Part shown: in pieces, positions 37,001 to 50,100 of the stretch
Position numbering within the stretch: position 1 is the stretch's first letter
Layout: each line of letters begins with the position of its first letter
Source of the DNA: Piromyces finnis finn
Taxonomy: Eukaryota > Fungi > Neocallimastigomycota
Assembly: GCA_002104945.1 (NCBI GenBank)
Contig: MCFH01000001.1
Span: 1,922,001-1,986,000 of the forward strand
Length of the DNA stretch: 64,000 nucleotides
Reading direction: 5' to 3'
Translations under genes and position numbers: made by a program
The notes under the pieces: model-generated
The model's database searches: none
The model's input: the letters and a program-made list of their open reading frames with translations, nothing else
Told to the model about the DNA's origin: nothing

Positions 37001-39304
37001 CTTTCTTTAAGCTTTGGTGATTCAAATACAATTGAAATACAACTTAAAATTGTAACTATATTTAATATTATAAAATATATTTGATTTATACTTAATTTAT
37101 AACACAAATGAACTAAATATGAATCTCTATAATTTCTATATATTTTTTTCAAATATCCAATTGATGAATTATCAATAAATATTTCATTATTGTGTTCTGC
37201 GTTTTCATCTATTTTTGCTAAATTAATAGCTTTATTTTTATCTTGGGAATATTCATTTTTATTTAAAGAATCAGATTTTGGATTTGAACAATCAGAACTT
37301 TCATCGTCTATAATCATGTTTTTATCGAAATGATTTATATTTATATTTTCTTTTTTATTAAAACTTCTTTCACTATTCTGCCTTTTACTTATCTTCTTTG
37401 CTTTTATCATTTCAGTTCTTGTTTTACTTCTTTCAATATTATTAGAGAAAACCGTTGGGAAATTAATTTTTTTTGATGCTTGTTCATTTAATCCAGGATA
37501 TTTTTCTTTTAATTTTGATATATTATGAGATATAAGATTTTTAACTCTATGTTTTGACGTTTTTTTTGATATCGCGTCATTTGAATTATCATTTTTTATA
37601 ATATCATCATTACTATTTATTTTCTCCATATCTATTGGTATATAATCTTCATAATTGTTTATAAGACTAATGATGCAATAAAAAAGAAAGTTAAAAAATA
37701 ATTATATCAGTATAGTTTAATCAATATTATTTTGCAATAATACTATATTTAATTTTTAATGAACCTACTTTTCGCCACTACCATAACTGCTTATATTATC
37801 ATCAAGATCTGGTATTGTCATATTTGAATTGTAAATTTGATTATTTTTATTAGAAGAATGTGAATCGATAGATTTACCTTTATTAATAGTTTTTAATGGT
37901 ATATCTGTAGTGTAATCTTCATTTTTATCTTCTTGTTCCTTTTGCTCATTAGATACATAAGTATGATTTCTTTTTAATGCTTGAATTAATGAAGTGTTAT
38001 TTATTAAATCCTCTTTATTTTCTTCCTCCTCTTTTTTCAATTTTTCCATTTTATTTTCATCTTCTTCTATATCTGAATCTGTTGCTAATGCTGTATATGA
38101 AGGACCTTCAATTCGATTCCGTTGTGTAAAAATAGCATCTTCTTCAGGATCGAATCTTGCATCAAATAATTCATTTAAAACATATTTAATAATATGTTTG
38201 GCGTCTCGTTTATCCTTATTTAATTCCTGGAAGTTATAATTATTTTTTATTCTATCAATAATGGAATTGAGTAAAATCGCCACCAAAAATTGAGAGAAAA
38301 TATAAGCACCAATAATAATTATAATAACAGGAATGATAGTTGCATAAATATTTTTTGATTCTGCTACATTTGTTTTAATAGAATCCCAATTTTCTACTGT
38401 ATAAAGCTGGATAACCGAAAGAAAAGAATAAAAGAAATTTTCAAAATTATTTTGTGGTTTATTATTGCTAAAATTCATACCTCCTTCAAAAAATTGAACT
38501 GCAAATAAACTGAAACCGATAATAGATAAACCCCAGATAGTAAAAAGGGAAACTAGCGGTTTTGCTGAATCACAAAACACAGAAATTAAATTTGACAGTT
38601 GTGGTAAAAATTTTGTTAAACGTAAGACACGGAATGTACGCAAAACTCTAAAAACAGCAATACCATTATCACTTTGAGCAAGCAATTCTCCAATAGAAAT
38701 AAGTGTAAATATCCCGTCAGTAACATTATAAAATGAAGAGGTAATATAGCCTCTTAATCCGAGAACGTAAATTTTTATTATCATTTCTAATATGAAAATA
38801 ATGGTGCATACCAAACTCATATAAAATATTTTTTCACGAGTGGCCTCAGAAATCTCATTACTTACCATACAAATAAAAATAGTATCGATAATTGTAATAC
38901 AAAGGATAATATTTTCAACCCATTGTTTATTAATGAATACTTCTAATTTTTTTCTAAGTTGTTGATTTTTATCAGTTGAATCAATATTTGATATGAATGT
39001 TTTTTTCATTTTGAAGTTATATGTTTTATGAATTGTAATCGAATTTTGTAAATTTGATACTACAGTAGCTACAATTAATTGTAAAATTAACCAATTTCCG
39101 ATAATAATAATTAATATAAAAAAAACTATAACAATTTTATTGGTAACACTTGAAACTGTAAAATAAATATTCGACCATCCCTCTGTTGTTAAAATCTTTT
39201 TATTTATTTATTTAAATATTCATTTTAATATTATGAAATAAATAAAATTTTATATTCATAAGTTTTTAATTATTAATTAAATAAAAATAAAATAAATAAA
39301 AAAA

Positions 39305-39399
<95 letters not shown>

Positions 39400-39424
39400 A
39401 CAAACAAACAAACAAACAAACAAA

Positions 39425-39484
<60 letters not shown>

Positions 39485-40410
39485 ATATGTTTATATATAT
39501 TATTTATATTTTATAAAAAAAAATAATAATATACATACCTGAAATATATTTAAAAAGGAAATAAGAACATTATCAAAACTAATGGTACCTTTATCAGGAT
39601 TAATGTGAACATCTTGACATGTATATCCTTTTGGACATTGATTACTACTTGGTGAACAAATTAACTCTTCATTAAATATTTTCCCTTCATCATTAACACA
39701 TCTATAGGATAATCTACCTCCTAAGAATGCCACTGATATTAAACCAACACTAGTGAAGAAAAATCCTGTAAAGATTCCAATATCTTTAAGGATAGGCAAT
39801 GAATTGCTTAAGGCTAAACAAATTGTTTCAACATATTGTAAACCTATAAATAAATAATATACCATAAATAATCAGATAGCATTAACAATTATTATAATAA
39901 TGATTATCATATTTTATAAATTATAATATAAGAATTATGAAATAATTAAAATATTAATAATAAGTATCTTTATATGTCATAACTATTTTAACACAATATG
40001 AAATGAAATATAATAAATTTATTAGAAAAATTACCTGGTATTTTTGGTAGATATTTAATAATTAACCATAATCTAATAGAAGTAAAGTTTGGTAAGTTAT
40101 ATAAAGAACAATAACTTATAATACCAACAGTAACATTAAATAAACCCCAAAATGTAGTTAAAGTCTTTTTTATCGGAGTAATTGATAAATTTATTATACA
40201 ATCAATTAAGAAGAAGACAGAATACATTTTATCCAATTCAAAGAATATAATATTTAAAAATTTATTTTCACTCTTAACATTACCATTTGACAGTGAAATT
40301 GCACTAAAAATTAATATAACGATGTTTACCATCGCATATATTTTACTATTTATAATAGTAGTTATTTTATCTTTATATGTAGTATATGCTCTTGATAATA
40401 GATTTGCCAT
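34045..40410 (-). CDS. Four-domain voltage-gated-type cation channel (Cav/Cch1/NALCN superfamily), paralog B, EEEE filter
   Basis: Four 6-TM repeats; pore loops TTEGW, TVENW, HQEAW, TG|EGW; DII S4 FRVLRTFRVLRLTK; C-terminal EF-hand-like DDNKSGEVEFIDL. About 7 exons. Confidence 0.92.
39291..39483. repeat. (TAAA)n microsatellite with a (CAAA)n block, inside an intron of channel B
   Basis: Read directly from the sequence. Confidence 0.95.
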
Positions 40411-41593
40411 TGTTCATTATTATAAATAATTTATAATTAATAATATTGATTTAATTGGTATTTCTTTTTCTTCTCTTTTTTTCTTTCCTTTTCTTAATTT
40501 ATATATTTTTTATATATTTATTTAATTATAATACTTTATTTTTTTTTTTTTTTTATTATTTATTGTTATATTTATATTTATTTTTATTGTTATTGCTAAA
40601 AATATATTTGTATAATTAAATAATAACAATGTGTTATTTTTCATTTGATTTTACTTTTTTTTTATATTATTTAATTTTTTGATTTCCTTTCTTGAATTAA
40701 TTTAAAAGAACATTTTCAGAACAAAACAATCTAAAAATTGATAATTATATATATATTAATAAAAATATGTGTTTATTTCCCCTATTATTCTAAAAGTATA
40801 TATTTTTTAAATAAAAGCATTATTTTTCTATATATTATAATAATTTTACTCTGTATGGTTTGAAATAGATTGCTAGATTATGAATTTTAAATACGATAAA
40901 AGGTATATGCTAAATGAATGTTTATATATATAGAAATACCAAAAAAGATGTTTATATAATAATTATATCAACAAATAATAATGATATTATTTTTATGATA
41001 TCAAAAGAATTCTATATAACTTTTTTTTTTTTAAATATATTTTTCCTCTTTGGATTATATTATAAAAATTAATATTTTATATTAATTTTTAATTGATTTA
41101 TATGATAAAAAGTTTTTTTTTTATATAGAAAATATCTTATTATTATTATTTCGAACAATGTAAAAGAATAAAATCGTTATATTTAAAGAATTCGGTTTCT
41201 TTTTTATATCGTTTTTCTATTGCTTAAAAAAAAATTAAAGTTCATGAACTAAAAAAAAATTATAATTATATTATTTTTAATATTTTTAAAATTATTATGG
41301 TACAACCAACAAGATGAACATATTTTTCAATTTTTGAAAAAAAATAAAAATATTTTAATTAATAAAATTATAAAATATAAATTTTCAATGTATGTTAAGC
41401 TTTTATATAAATTAAAATATATATTGAAGTTTATAAACCAAAGTTTTTCCAATTTTAAAATGTTAAATAAAATGATGTTAAATTGGTGGTGTGTATATAT
41501 TTATACATATATATTATTATTATTATTACAAAATATTTTATTGTAATGATTTTAAAAATATATTTCTTCAATATAACTTTTTCCCTACTATTT

Positions 41594-41903
41594 AATAATA
41601 ATAATAATAATAATAATAAACATAATAATAATAAACATAATAATAATAAACATAATAATAATAAACATAATAATAATAAACATAATAATAATAAACATAA
41701 TAATAATAAACATAATAATAATAATAATAATAATAATAAACATAATAATAATAATAATAAACATAATAATAATAATAATAAACATAATAATAATAATAAT
41801 AAACATAATAATAATAATAATAAACATAATAATAATAATAAACATAATAATAATAAACATAATAATAATAAACATAATAATAATAAACATAATAATAATA
41901 AAC

Positions 41904-41950
<47 letters not shown>

Positions 41951-41993
41951 CATAATAATAAACATAATAATAATAATAATAATAATAATAAAC

Positions 41994-42056
<63 letters not shown>

Positions 42057-42059
42057 TAA

Positions 42060-42125
<66 letters not shown>
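41594..42125. repeat. Compound (AAT)n microsatellite with recurring AAACAT interruptions (15/18-bp higher-order units)
   Basis: Units such as AATAATAATAAACAT are repeated about 20 times, ending in pure AAT. The tract lies between the two channel genes. Confidence 0.95.
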
Positions 42126-42828
42126 TAGAGTAATTAGAGTAATAATAAAATTATGAATCTCATTACTTTTTTTTTTTATTGAATTGTCAACGACTTGAAA
42201 GAGAAATAATTTAATTTAAAATTAAAAAACTTTAATCAATTTTATTATTTTAATTTTGTTTTATGTGGATGATAAAAAAGATTAAACTTTATTATTATTT
42301 AAATTTTTCAATTGAAACAAAAAGCTATTTTTGGCATATACTAAGAAAAGTTAATTTTAACAAAATGCATATTAAAAATGTTTTTTTTTTTTTTAAACTT
42401 TGTGTAACCAATGATACTAAATTAAGACAAAAAAAAAAAAAAAAAAAAAAGCAAATGAAGAATTATATTTAAAATTTTTTTTTTTAAAGTTTTATTTTTT
42501 TTTTTTATTTTTTTTATTATCAATATATATAATTAATAGTTATTAAAATTTAATTATTTAAATTTAGTTTTTTTTGAAAGAATTGGTATCTAGAAGGGTT
42601 TTTTTTTATTATTCCTTTTATTAATAAAGGATAAAAAAAAAAAAAAAAGTTATATACATATTATACTATATATAATTTTTCTTAATTACTTTTATATACT
42701 ACTTTTAATAGATATTTATTAAAAATTTAATTATTGAAATTGTGAGAATTAATTAAATTAAATATGAATATATGAAAAAAAAAATAAACAACTTAAATTA
42801 TTAATTGTGTGTATGTTTTTTTTTTTGT

Positions 42829-45800
42829 TTAATCTTTATGTATTTCTTTTGCATTGCTATTGATGTTTTTTCTTTGATGCTCTTTTCTTGATTTTTTGAA
42901 TCTTTGTTGAATTTGATAAACTGCATACACTACATGGAATGGTAAACCTTGACTATTAACATCAATAACAATGTCATTATCTAAATAATTGTCTTTGAAA
43001 CCCATTCTAAAACTAGTTCTTGATTTGATTCGATGTAAATTATTCTTAATATGAATACTTCTGTGTTTATTCTTCTTTTCTTCTTCTTCATCATCAACGC
43101 CTATAATTGCATCTAACTCAATAATACTACGGTGAATATCATCATCTTTTGGAGTATGATATATATCAAAGTTATTATCATAACTCTTTGATCTTCCAAT
43201 ATTACTTAGTGTTAATCGTTCTGGTTTCTTACTATTTTTTATACACCTTTTTGTTTTTGTAAAATTGACTGTATAATTGTTTTCTTCTTTGTTAGTAGAT
43301 GGGGTACAGGCTTTTTCCTTGATCTCAGAGTTAACCCTACAATTATTATCCTCTTTATTTTCTAATGAATAAGATACTTCTTTTACAGGTTGTAAATGTT
43401 CGATTAATTTATGTGCTGATAACACTTTATTTTGCTCTTCTAGAAAGGTTGAACGTGAATCTTTTCTGGAATTCGATAATGGGTATTGAGATTCGCTATT
43501 AGATTCATAACTTTGAGGTTCTAATGTCATTTCATTGTTTAGTGAAATACCAAAGTTATTGTTCTTTGTTGATATTGGGTTTAAAAGTTGTGGTCGATAG
43601 AGGAATGATTCATTATTAACAATACTATCTGTACTAAGAAAATTTTGATTTTGGATGGTTAAGTTGGTTGAATTTCGCTTGAGTTTATACTTACTATTTT
43701 CACAATGTAATACTTTATTTTTATATTTGTCTTCTTCTTGTCGATAGAATAATGGGTCATTAGTAATTATATTATCTGTTCGTAAATAATTTTGATTTTG
43801 ATTTGCTAAGGTTTGATTAGTAGAATTACGCTTTAAATGACGATGACTATTATCACGTCGTAATGAAACTTTATTTTTATATTTGTCATCTTCTTCCTGA
43901 TTACTGCGTACAAGGGATTCAGTAGAATCAGCATTATGAAGTAAATTGTTATTTTGATTTCCGAGGGTATGGTTGGTTGAGTTTCGTACTAGATTGCGAT
44001 GAATAATACTTTTATTCTTTATTTTATTATCTTCTGATTTTTGGTTCGATACTTCTTGATTTTTAAGGCTATCACTTACATTATAAGGTAATGAATTAGA
44101 ATTATGTTTCATAAATGGATGAAGACTATCTTCTCTACGAATCTTATTCTTTAATAATTTTTCTTTCTGTTTTTCTTTGTCTTTAATTTTGTCTTTATTT
44201 TTTTCTTCTCTAGAATTATTTAATTCATTTAAAGTATCCGAAGAAAAATCATTTTTATTTGAATCAAATAAATTGAATATTGTTGTACTGGTAGGTGTCG
44301 CTGTCGTTGGTGTTGCAGTAGTTGGTGTATTGACATTACCATTTTTATGTTTATTATTGGCTCTTACTGTTTCCATAAGACTATCTGTGTATACATTTTG
44401 AAGTCTACCACTACAAGTATGCATATTCATTCTTATATAATCTTCTACTAGAGTAATTGGTGTGTCGGAATTTAAAGTATCATCGTCATTATCATCATCA
44501 ACAATTTGTTCGTCTTGATCAATATGTTCTACAAGAATATGAATATTGACATCTTTTAGCCCTTTTTTTGAACTTCTTAATGAAAGAGCTTCGACTATTT
44601 TATTATATTTGTTTTTTGATTTTTCCCATATTTTATTTCTTTTACTTTTCTTTTTTTCCGAGCTTATGCTGTTTTCTAAGCTATAGATGCTATTTTTCCT
44701 TTTTTCAAATACTTTTTTTTCATAGCCAGTTTTGACTTTTTCCTTTTCTCGAATAAGGAATGACTCGGGTAATTCTTCACCCATCCAACTATTTAAAAAC
44801 CCAAAAATTACATCGTGATATTTACAGCGGTTTTTATATACCTTGACGTTTTTAAATATTTCTTCCATTGGAGGTTTAACTAATAGCATGCCATTTTCAC
44901 GGTTTTGATTTCCCCATTCTGTACCTTTTGGTAATTTAAAACTGTTGTACATATTAACTAATTCAACAAATGTTAAGTCACCAGATTTATTCCAGTCATA
45001 TTTAATCCATTGTTGATTAAAAGCATTCCACATTTTTTCTAAGCGAACAATTTCGTCATGTTCTTCAAGTACAGTGACAAATGTATCAACAGTGATAGCA
45101 ATAAAACTATTCAATAATATCCAATTAAAAATTACTTGTAAAGCAATAAAATATACAATAGCCCAGTTAGAACCACAATTTTCTTTACTTGAATCGCAAG
45201 TATAATGAATTGATTTCCCAGTACAATCTGCTAATGCAAACGGCCATCCTTCACCAGTACAAAATATAAACACGGAAATTAAACTGTTATTAAAAGAGGA
45301 AAAATTTAGTTGTTCATTCAAATAACTAGCATATTTAACATTAATGTTGCCAAAGTAGTGATAACCAATAACAGCAAAAATAAAGCATACAATAAACATT
45401 AGCTAATTTATATTTGATTATATAAATATAAATATAAATATAAATTTTATTAGTAATATGATTTATTTTAAAATTTTTAAAAATTTATTATTATATAGTT
45501 TTGATATAGGTAGTTAATCATTAATTAAATTAATCACTACCTAATACAATTAAATTGAAACAGATTATTATATTATACAAAAGATACTTACAAATAGTAC
45601 ATTGAAAAGTTGAGTAAAATTGAAAAATATTGCTATACCTAAGGCTTTTAACCCTTTTGCGTATTTAATGATACGTAAAACTCTAAGTAGTCGGATAGAT
45701 GAAAAAATAATAGGTGACATTGAAGAATTGTTAAAGAGTGAAAATAAAGATGATACTACAATAGCAAAAGATAAAATATTCCAGTAATCCTTAAAAAAGT

Positions 45801-48800
45801 ATTTAATACCATAACCATAAAGTAAAAGTATAACTTCTAATGTATATATAATAATGAAAACTACTTCTGAATAATTTATAAATTTATTTAAGGTACTATT
45901 ATTTTTAGTGCATTCTAACATCATGACAATAACATTTATTCCAATAACAGAGAACGAGATTCTATTGAATAGTTTAGTTTGAATGAAATATCTTATTTTA
46001 TTTCTAAAAGATGATTTTGATTTTTCAATGGGGAAATTTGGTTTGTTTGTAATAATTAATTTGATATAATCTAATAATTTTCTTTGCCCATCTGATAAAT
46101 ACTATTTATTATATGTATAAAATATTTTCAAGTATATATATAAAAAGTTAGAATCAAAGCAAATATAAAAATAAATGTAATGCGTATTCAATGAATTTAA
46201 TAACTTTAATTTTCTTAATGATATATTTATATTTTAATTATATTACCTGAATTCCTCTTAAGATATCTTGATGTCTTTTTAAATTATTAAAAATCAGAGC
46301 TGTTACAACTGAAAGAAATAACCAATTTCCTACTAATACAGAAAGAACAAAATATATTGAGTAACTTAAATGATAATCACTACCAGTAGTATCTGAAGAA
46401 TAACTGGATTCAATATAATGATACATGATATCTGGCCATGCCTCTTGATGAGAAATAATGAAAGAACTTAATATACTATCAAAAAAATTATCATACGTTA
46501 CAGCATAAGGTAACCATACTCTTTTTTCTGTGATTCCATATTCGTTCGTATAATTACCAGTACATTGACTTTTAACAATTACAGTATCATCGTTGCATTG
46601 CCAACCTCTATTAGCAAATAATGAAAGACTCACAGAGGAACAAATTAAAATATAAAAAGCATATGGAATTAATGCAACGAATAAAGATGGGATTGTTTTC
46701 CAAACAGAAATAGAAACGATTCTAAGACCATCATGTATTTTGAAGAATTTTAAAATTCTAACCAATCTAAATATACGTAATGAATGAAACTTATTACCAT
46801 AATTAAGAATATTTAAAAGAGAAATAAATACTACTACAACATCGATCCAGTTGTATAACCTTTTCAAATAGGCTCTTCGTGTAAATAAGGCTCCATACGC
46901 AATGATATTAAATATTAAATCAAAGATAAATACTATGGTATAGAAGATATCGCATTTATTTAAAATATAATAGTGTTTTGAATCGTGAGGATCAGGCGTT
47001 TCTAACGCTAATGAAATACAACTGGCTATGGTAACTAAGGAGATAAAATAAAAGTAGACATCATTTTTAATGGTTTTATAACAAACATGAACAAAATAAG
47101 AATCACGATATTTCTTGTGGATTTTTCTTAGTTTGGAAATATAATTATTAGATGTTTTAATGGTGACATGTTTCATTTTTTTCTTTAATTTATTGTCATC
47201 TTGTTTGTTCGTTGGAGAATAGACTTTAAGAATATCATTTTGTTTATCAAAATTCATCTCAGTAATATCTATAGAAGATTTTGGATGGTCGCTACTTTCC
47301 ATTTTAATAGTAAAATAATCATCCAAATTTTCCTTGTGAATTTCTTTATTTGAATCATTTATTATATTTTTATTGGTTTTATTAGTTCTACTTTTATTAT
47401 GAAGCAATTTCTTGAAAATCTTTGGTGAAGTCGGAGGTGTTAGGCTTTTCATTTCTTTATTCTCTTCCATCAAAATTTTTTTTCTCTCTTCACTTGCTTT
47501 TTTATTATCCTTAATGACTTGAGAAAAAACATGAGGAACATTTGTTTTTCCAGCACCAGTCAAACGAGCAATATTTTTTGCATCAGAAATTTCAATAGTG
47601 TATTTTTTTTTTGGAGGGTCTGATGGATTAGTAAAAGTGGGTTCAACAGAATCGCAAAGAAAATTTGGAGTATCAAATTCTAATGGTTGTATTTCCTTTT
47701 TATTATCGTTTTCATTTTGTAAATCACATATATCAAACATTGGCTCTAATTTATTTAAATCATTCTTCCGTTTATTTCTACTTTGACTACTAATACGTGA
47801 TAAAATTTCAAAATTTGTTTCTTGGTGTGTTGTTAATTGTTCCAAATCATTTTGATTATTAAGTTCATGAGGAAGCAAAAAGGATTTTGGCATAATATCC
47901 TCTTGTTTTAAAACAGATGAATAATCATGATGATATAAATCATTTTCTAATTTAACTTCTTCTTGATTTTGTTCCATTTTTTCTGTTATTTGTTCTGTAG
48001 AGTTTTCGACTTCAGTACTTTCCTCAGTACTATTATTACTATTATTGTTTTTATTCTTATTATTTTTCTTATTTTTATCTTTTTTACTACGTTGTTCAAA
48101 TAGTTCTCCAATAACATATTTAATAATATGTTTAGTATTGGATTTTCTATCAGATATTTTTTTATAAAAATCATCTGCTTGAAGACGATCAATAAATGCA
48201 TTTAACAAAATAGCAACCAAAAATTGAGAAAAAATATAGGCCCCAACAATAATGATAATTACAGGAATTAAAGTAGCATATCTTCCTTTAGATTCATTAA
48301 CAGTATCTTTTATACTATCCCAATTTTCTACAGTATAAAGTTGTACAACCGAAAGAAAGGAATAGTAGAAATTTTCCAAATTATTTTTCGGGCGATTTTC
48401 AATAATATTCATACCACCTTCGAAAAATTGAATAGTAAATAAACTAAAAATAATAATTGATAGTATCCATATAATAAACAATGAACATAATGGTTTTGCT
48501 GAATCACAAAATACTGAAATTAAATCTGAAAGTTGTGGCAAAAATTTTGTTAAACGTAGGATACGAAATGCTCTAAGAATACGAAATACTGCTACACCAG
48601 AATCACTAGAAAAAACTATTTCAAATATTGAGAGAATAGTAAATATACCATCCATTACATTATATATTGAAGATTTCCAATAACCATAAATTCCTAAAAC
48701 ATATATCTTAATTAACATTTCTATTAAAAAAATGGTAGTACAGACAATTTCCAAGTAGACAATAAAAGAAGAAAGACTACCTGAAATATTACTATTAACC

Positions 48801-49930
48801 ATAGCAATAAATACTGTATCAATAATGGTTATTAAAAGAATACCTCTTTCGATCCAATTATTATTAATAAAATTAGTCATTCTCCTTTTTAAAGAATTAA
48901 TATTTGAATTATCATCTAACATAAAGGTTTTACTTTTGGTAATATTATACTTTCTTTTAATGTTAACTTGACTTTTAAGACTTTGAACAACTGTAGCAAC
49001 AATTAATTGAAGCAATAACCAATTACCACAAATAATAATAATTATAAAAAATAATATTGATAATTTTGATGATATATCAGCTACTTTAAAATATATTGTC
49101 GACCAACCTTCTGTGGTTAGTATTTGAAAAATATTTAACCATGCTATAAATATATTATCAAAACTTATAGTTCCTGAATCCATAGAATCGTCAATTGCTT
49201 TACAAGTATAATTTGTTGGACAATGATGTCCAAATTTTGAATTAGTAGAACACAATCTATCTTCACTATGAATGTTACCAGCATTATCAACACAACGTGT
49301 TGTCATTTTACCACTCCAAAATGATACTGAAAAAATACCAGTGCATGTAAAAAAAAACAATGCGAAAATACCAATATCTTTAATAATGCTCATAGATTTA
49401 CTAAGAGCTGAACATATTGAACTGGTAAATTCTAGACCTAAAAAAAAAAAGAAATTCATAAAATTACCAATTAATTAATTAATAAATAAATAAATGAATG
49501 AATAAATAAATGTTTTAAAAATAATATTTATTTATTATTATTATTTTTTTTTACCTGGTACTTTATCTAAATATTTAATAATAAGCCATAATCTTAATGA
49601 AGTAAAATTCCATAGTCCAAACAAGGAAGCAATACTAATTATCAATACACAAACATCAAATAATCCCCAAAATGTAGTAAAAATCTCTTTAATTGATTTA
49701 ACCGAAAAATTCAATAAGAAATCAAAAATAAAGAATATTGAATATACTTTATCCAAATTGAAAAAAATGAAATTTAATATATTTCTATCCTTTTTTTGAT
49801 TACCATCAGAAAGTGCTATTGCACTAAAAATAATTATAATGATATTGAAAAATGCATAATAATTACTATTGATAAGTTTTTTTACTTTGAATTTATAATT
49901 TTCAACAAACTTTTGAAAATGTTTGTTCAT
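42829..49930 (-). CDS. Four-domain voltage-gated-type cation channel, paralog A, EEEE filter
   Basis: Pore loops TTEGW, TVENW, HQEAW, TGEGW; S4s FRILRAFRILRLTK, LRIFRLVRILKFFK, IRLLRVLRIIK; EF-hand-like DWNKSGDLTFVEL; IQ-like YQIQQRFKK. About 4 exons. Confidence 0.93.
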
Positions 49931-50059
49931 ATTTATATTTATTATCCTTTTATGAAATGAGCGCTTTGATTTAAATACAAATTTTGATAATACTTTTAAA
50001 AATTTAATTATTGATAATCTAAATTTGAATATTTTTACTGAATTTTTTTATCTTTTTTT

Positions 50060-50100
<41 letters not shown>

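Noticed and set aside
41483-42064. 193-aa poly-N/NNNKH ORF and its antisense MFIII ORF (41588-41995)
   Set aside because: Both are translations of the AAT/AAACAT microsatellite, with no non-repeat coding signal.
39291-42125. Repeat arrays as CRISPR or telomeric repeats
   Set aside because: No unique spacers, no cas genes and no G-rich telomere unit; these are ordinary microsatellites.
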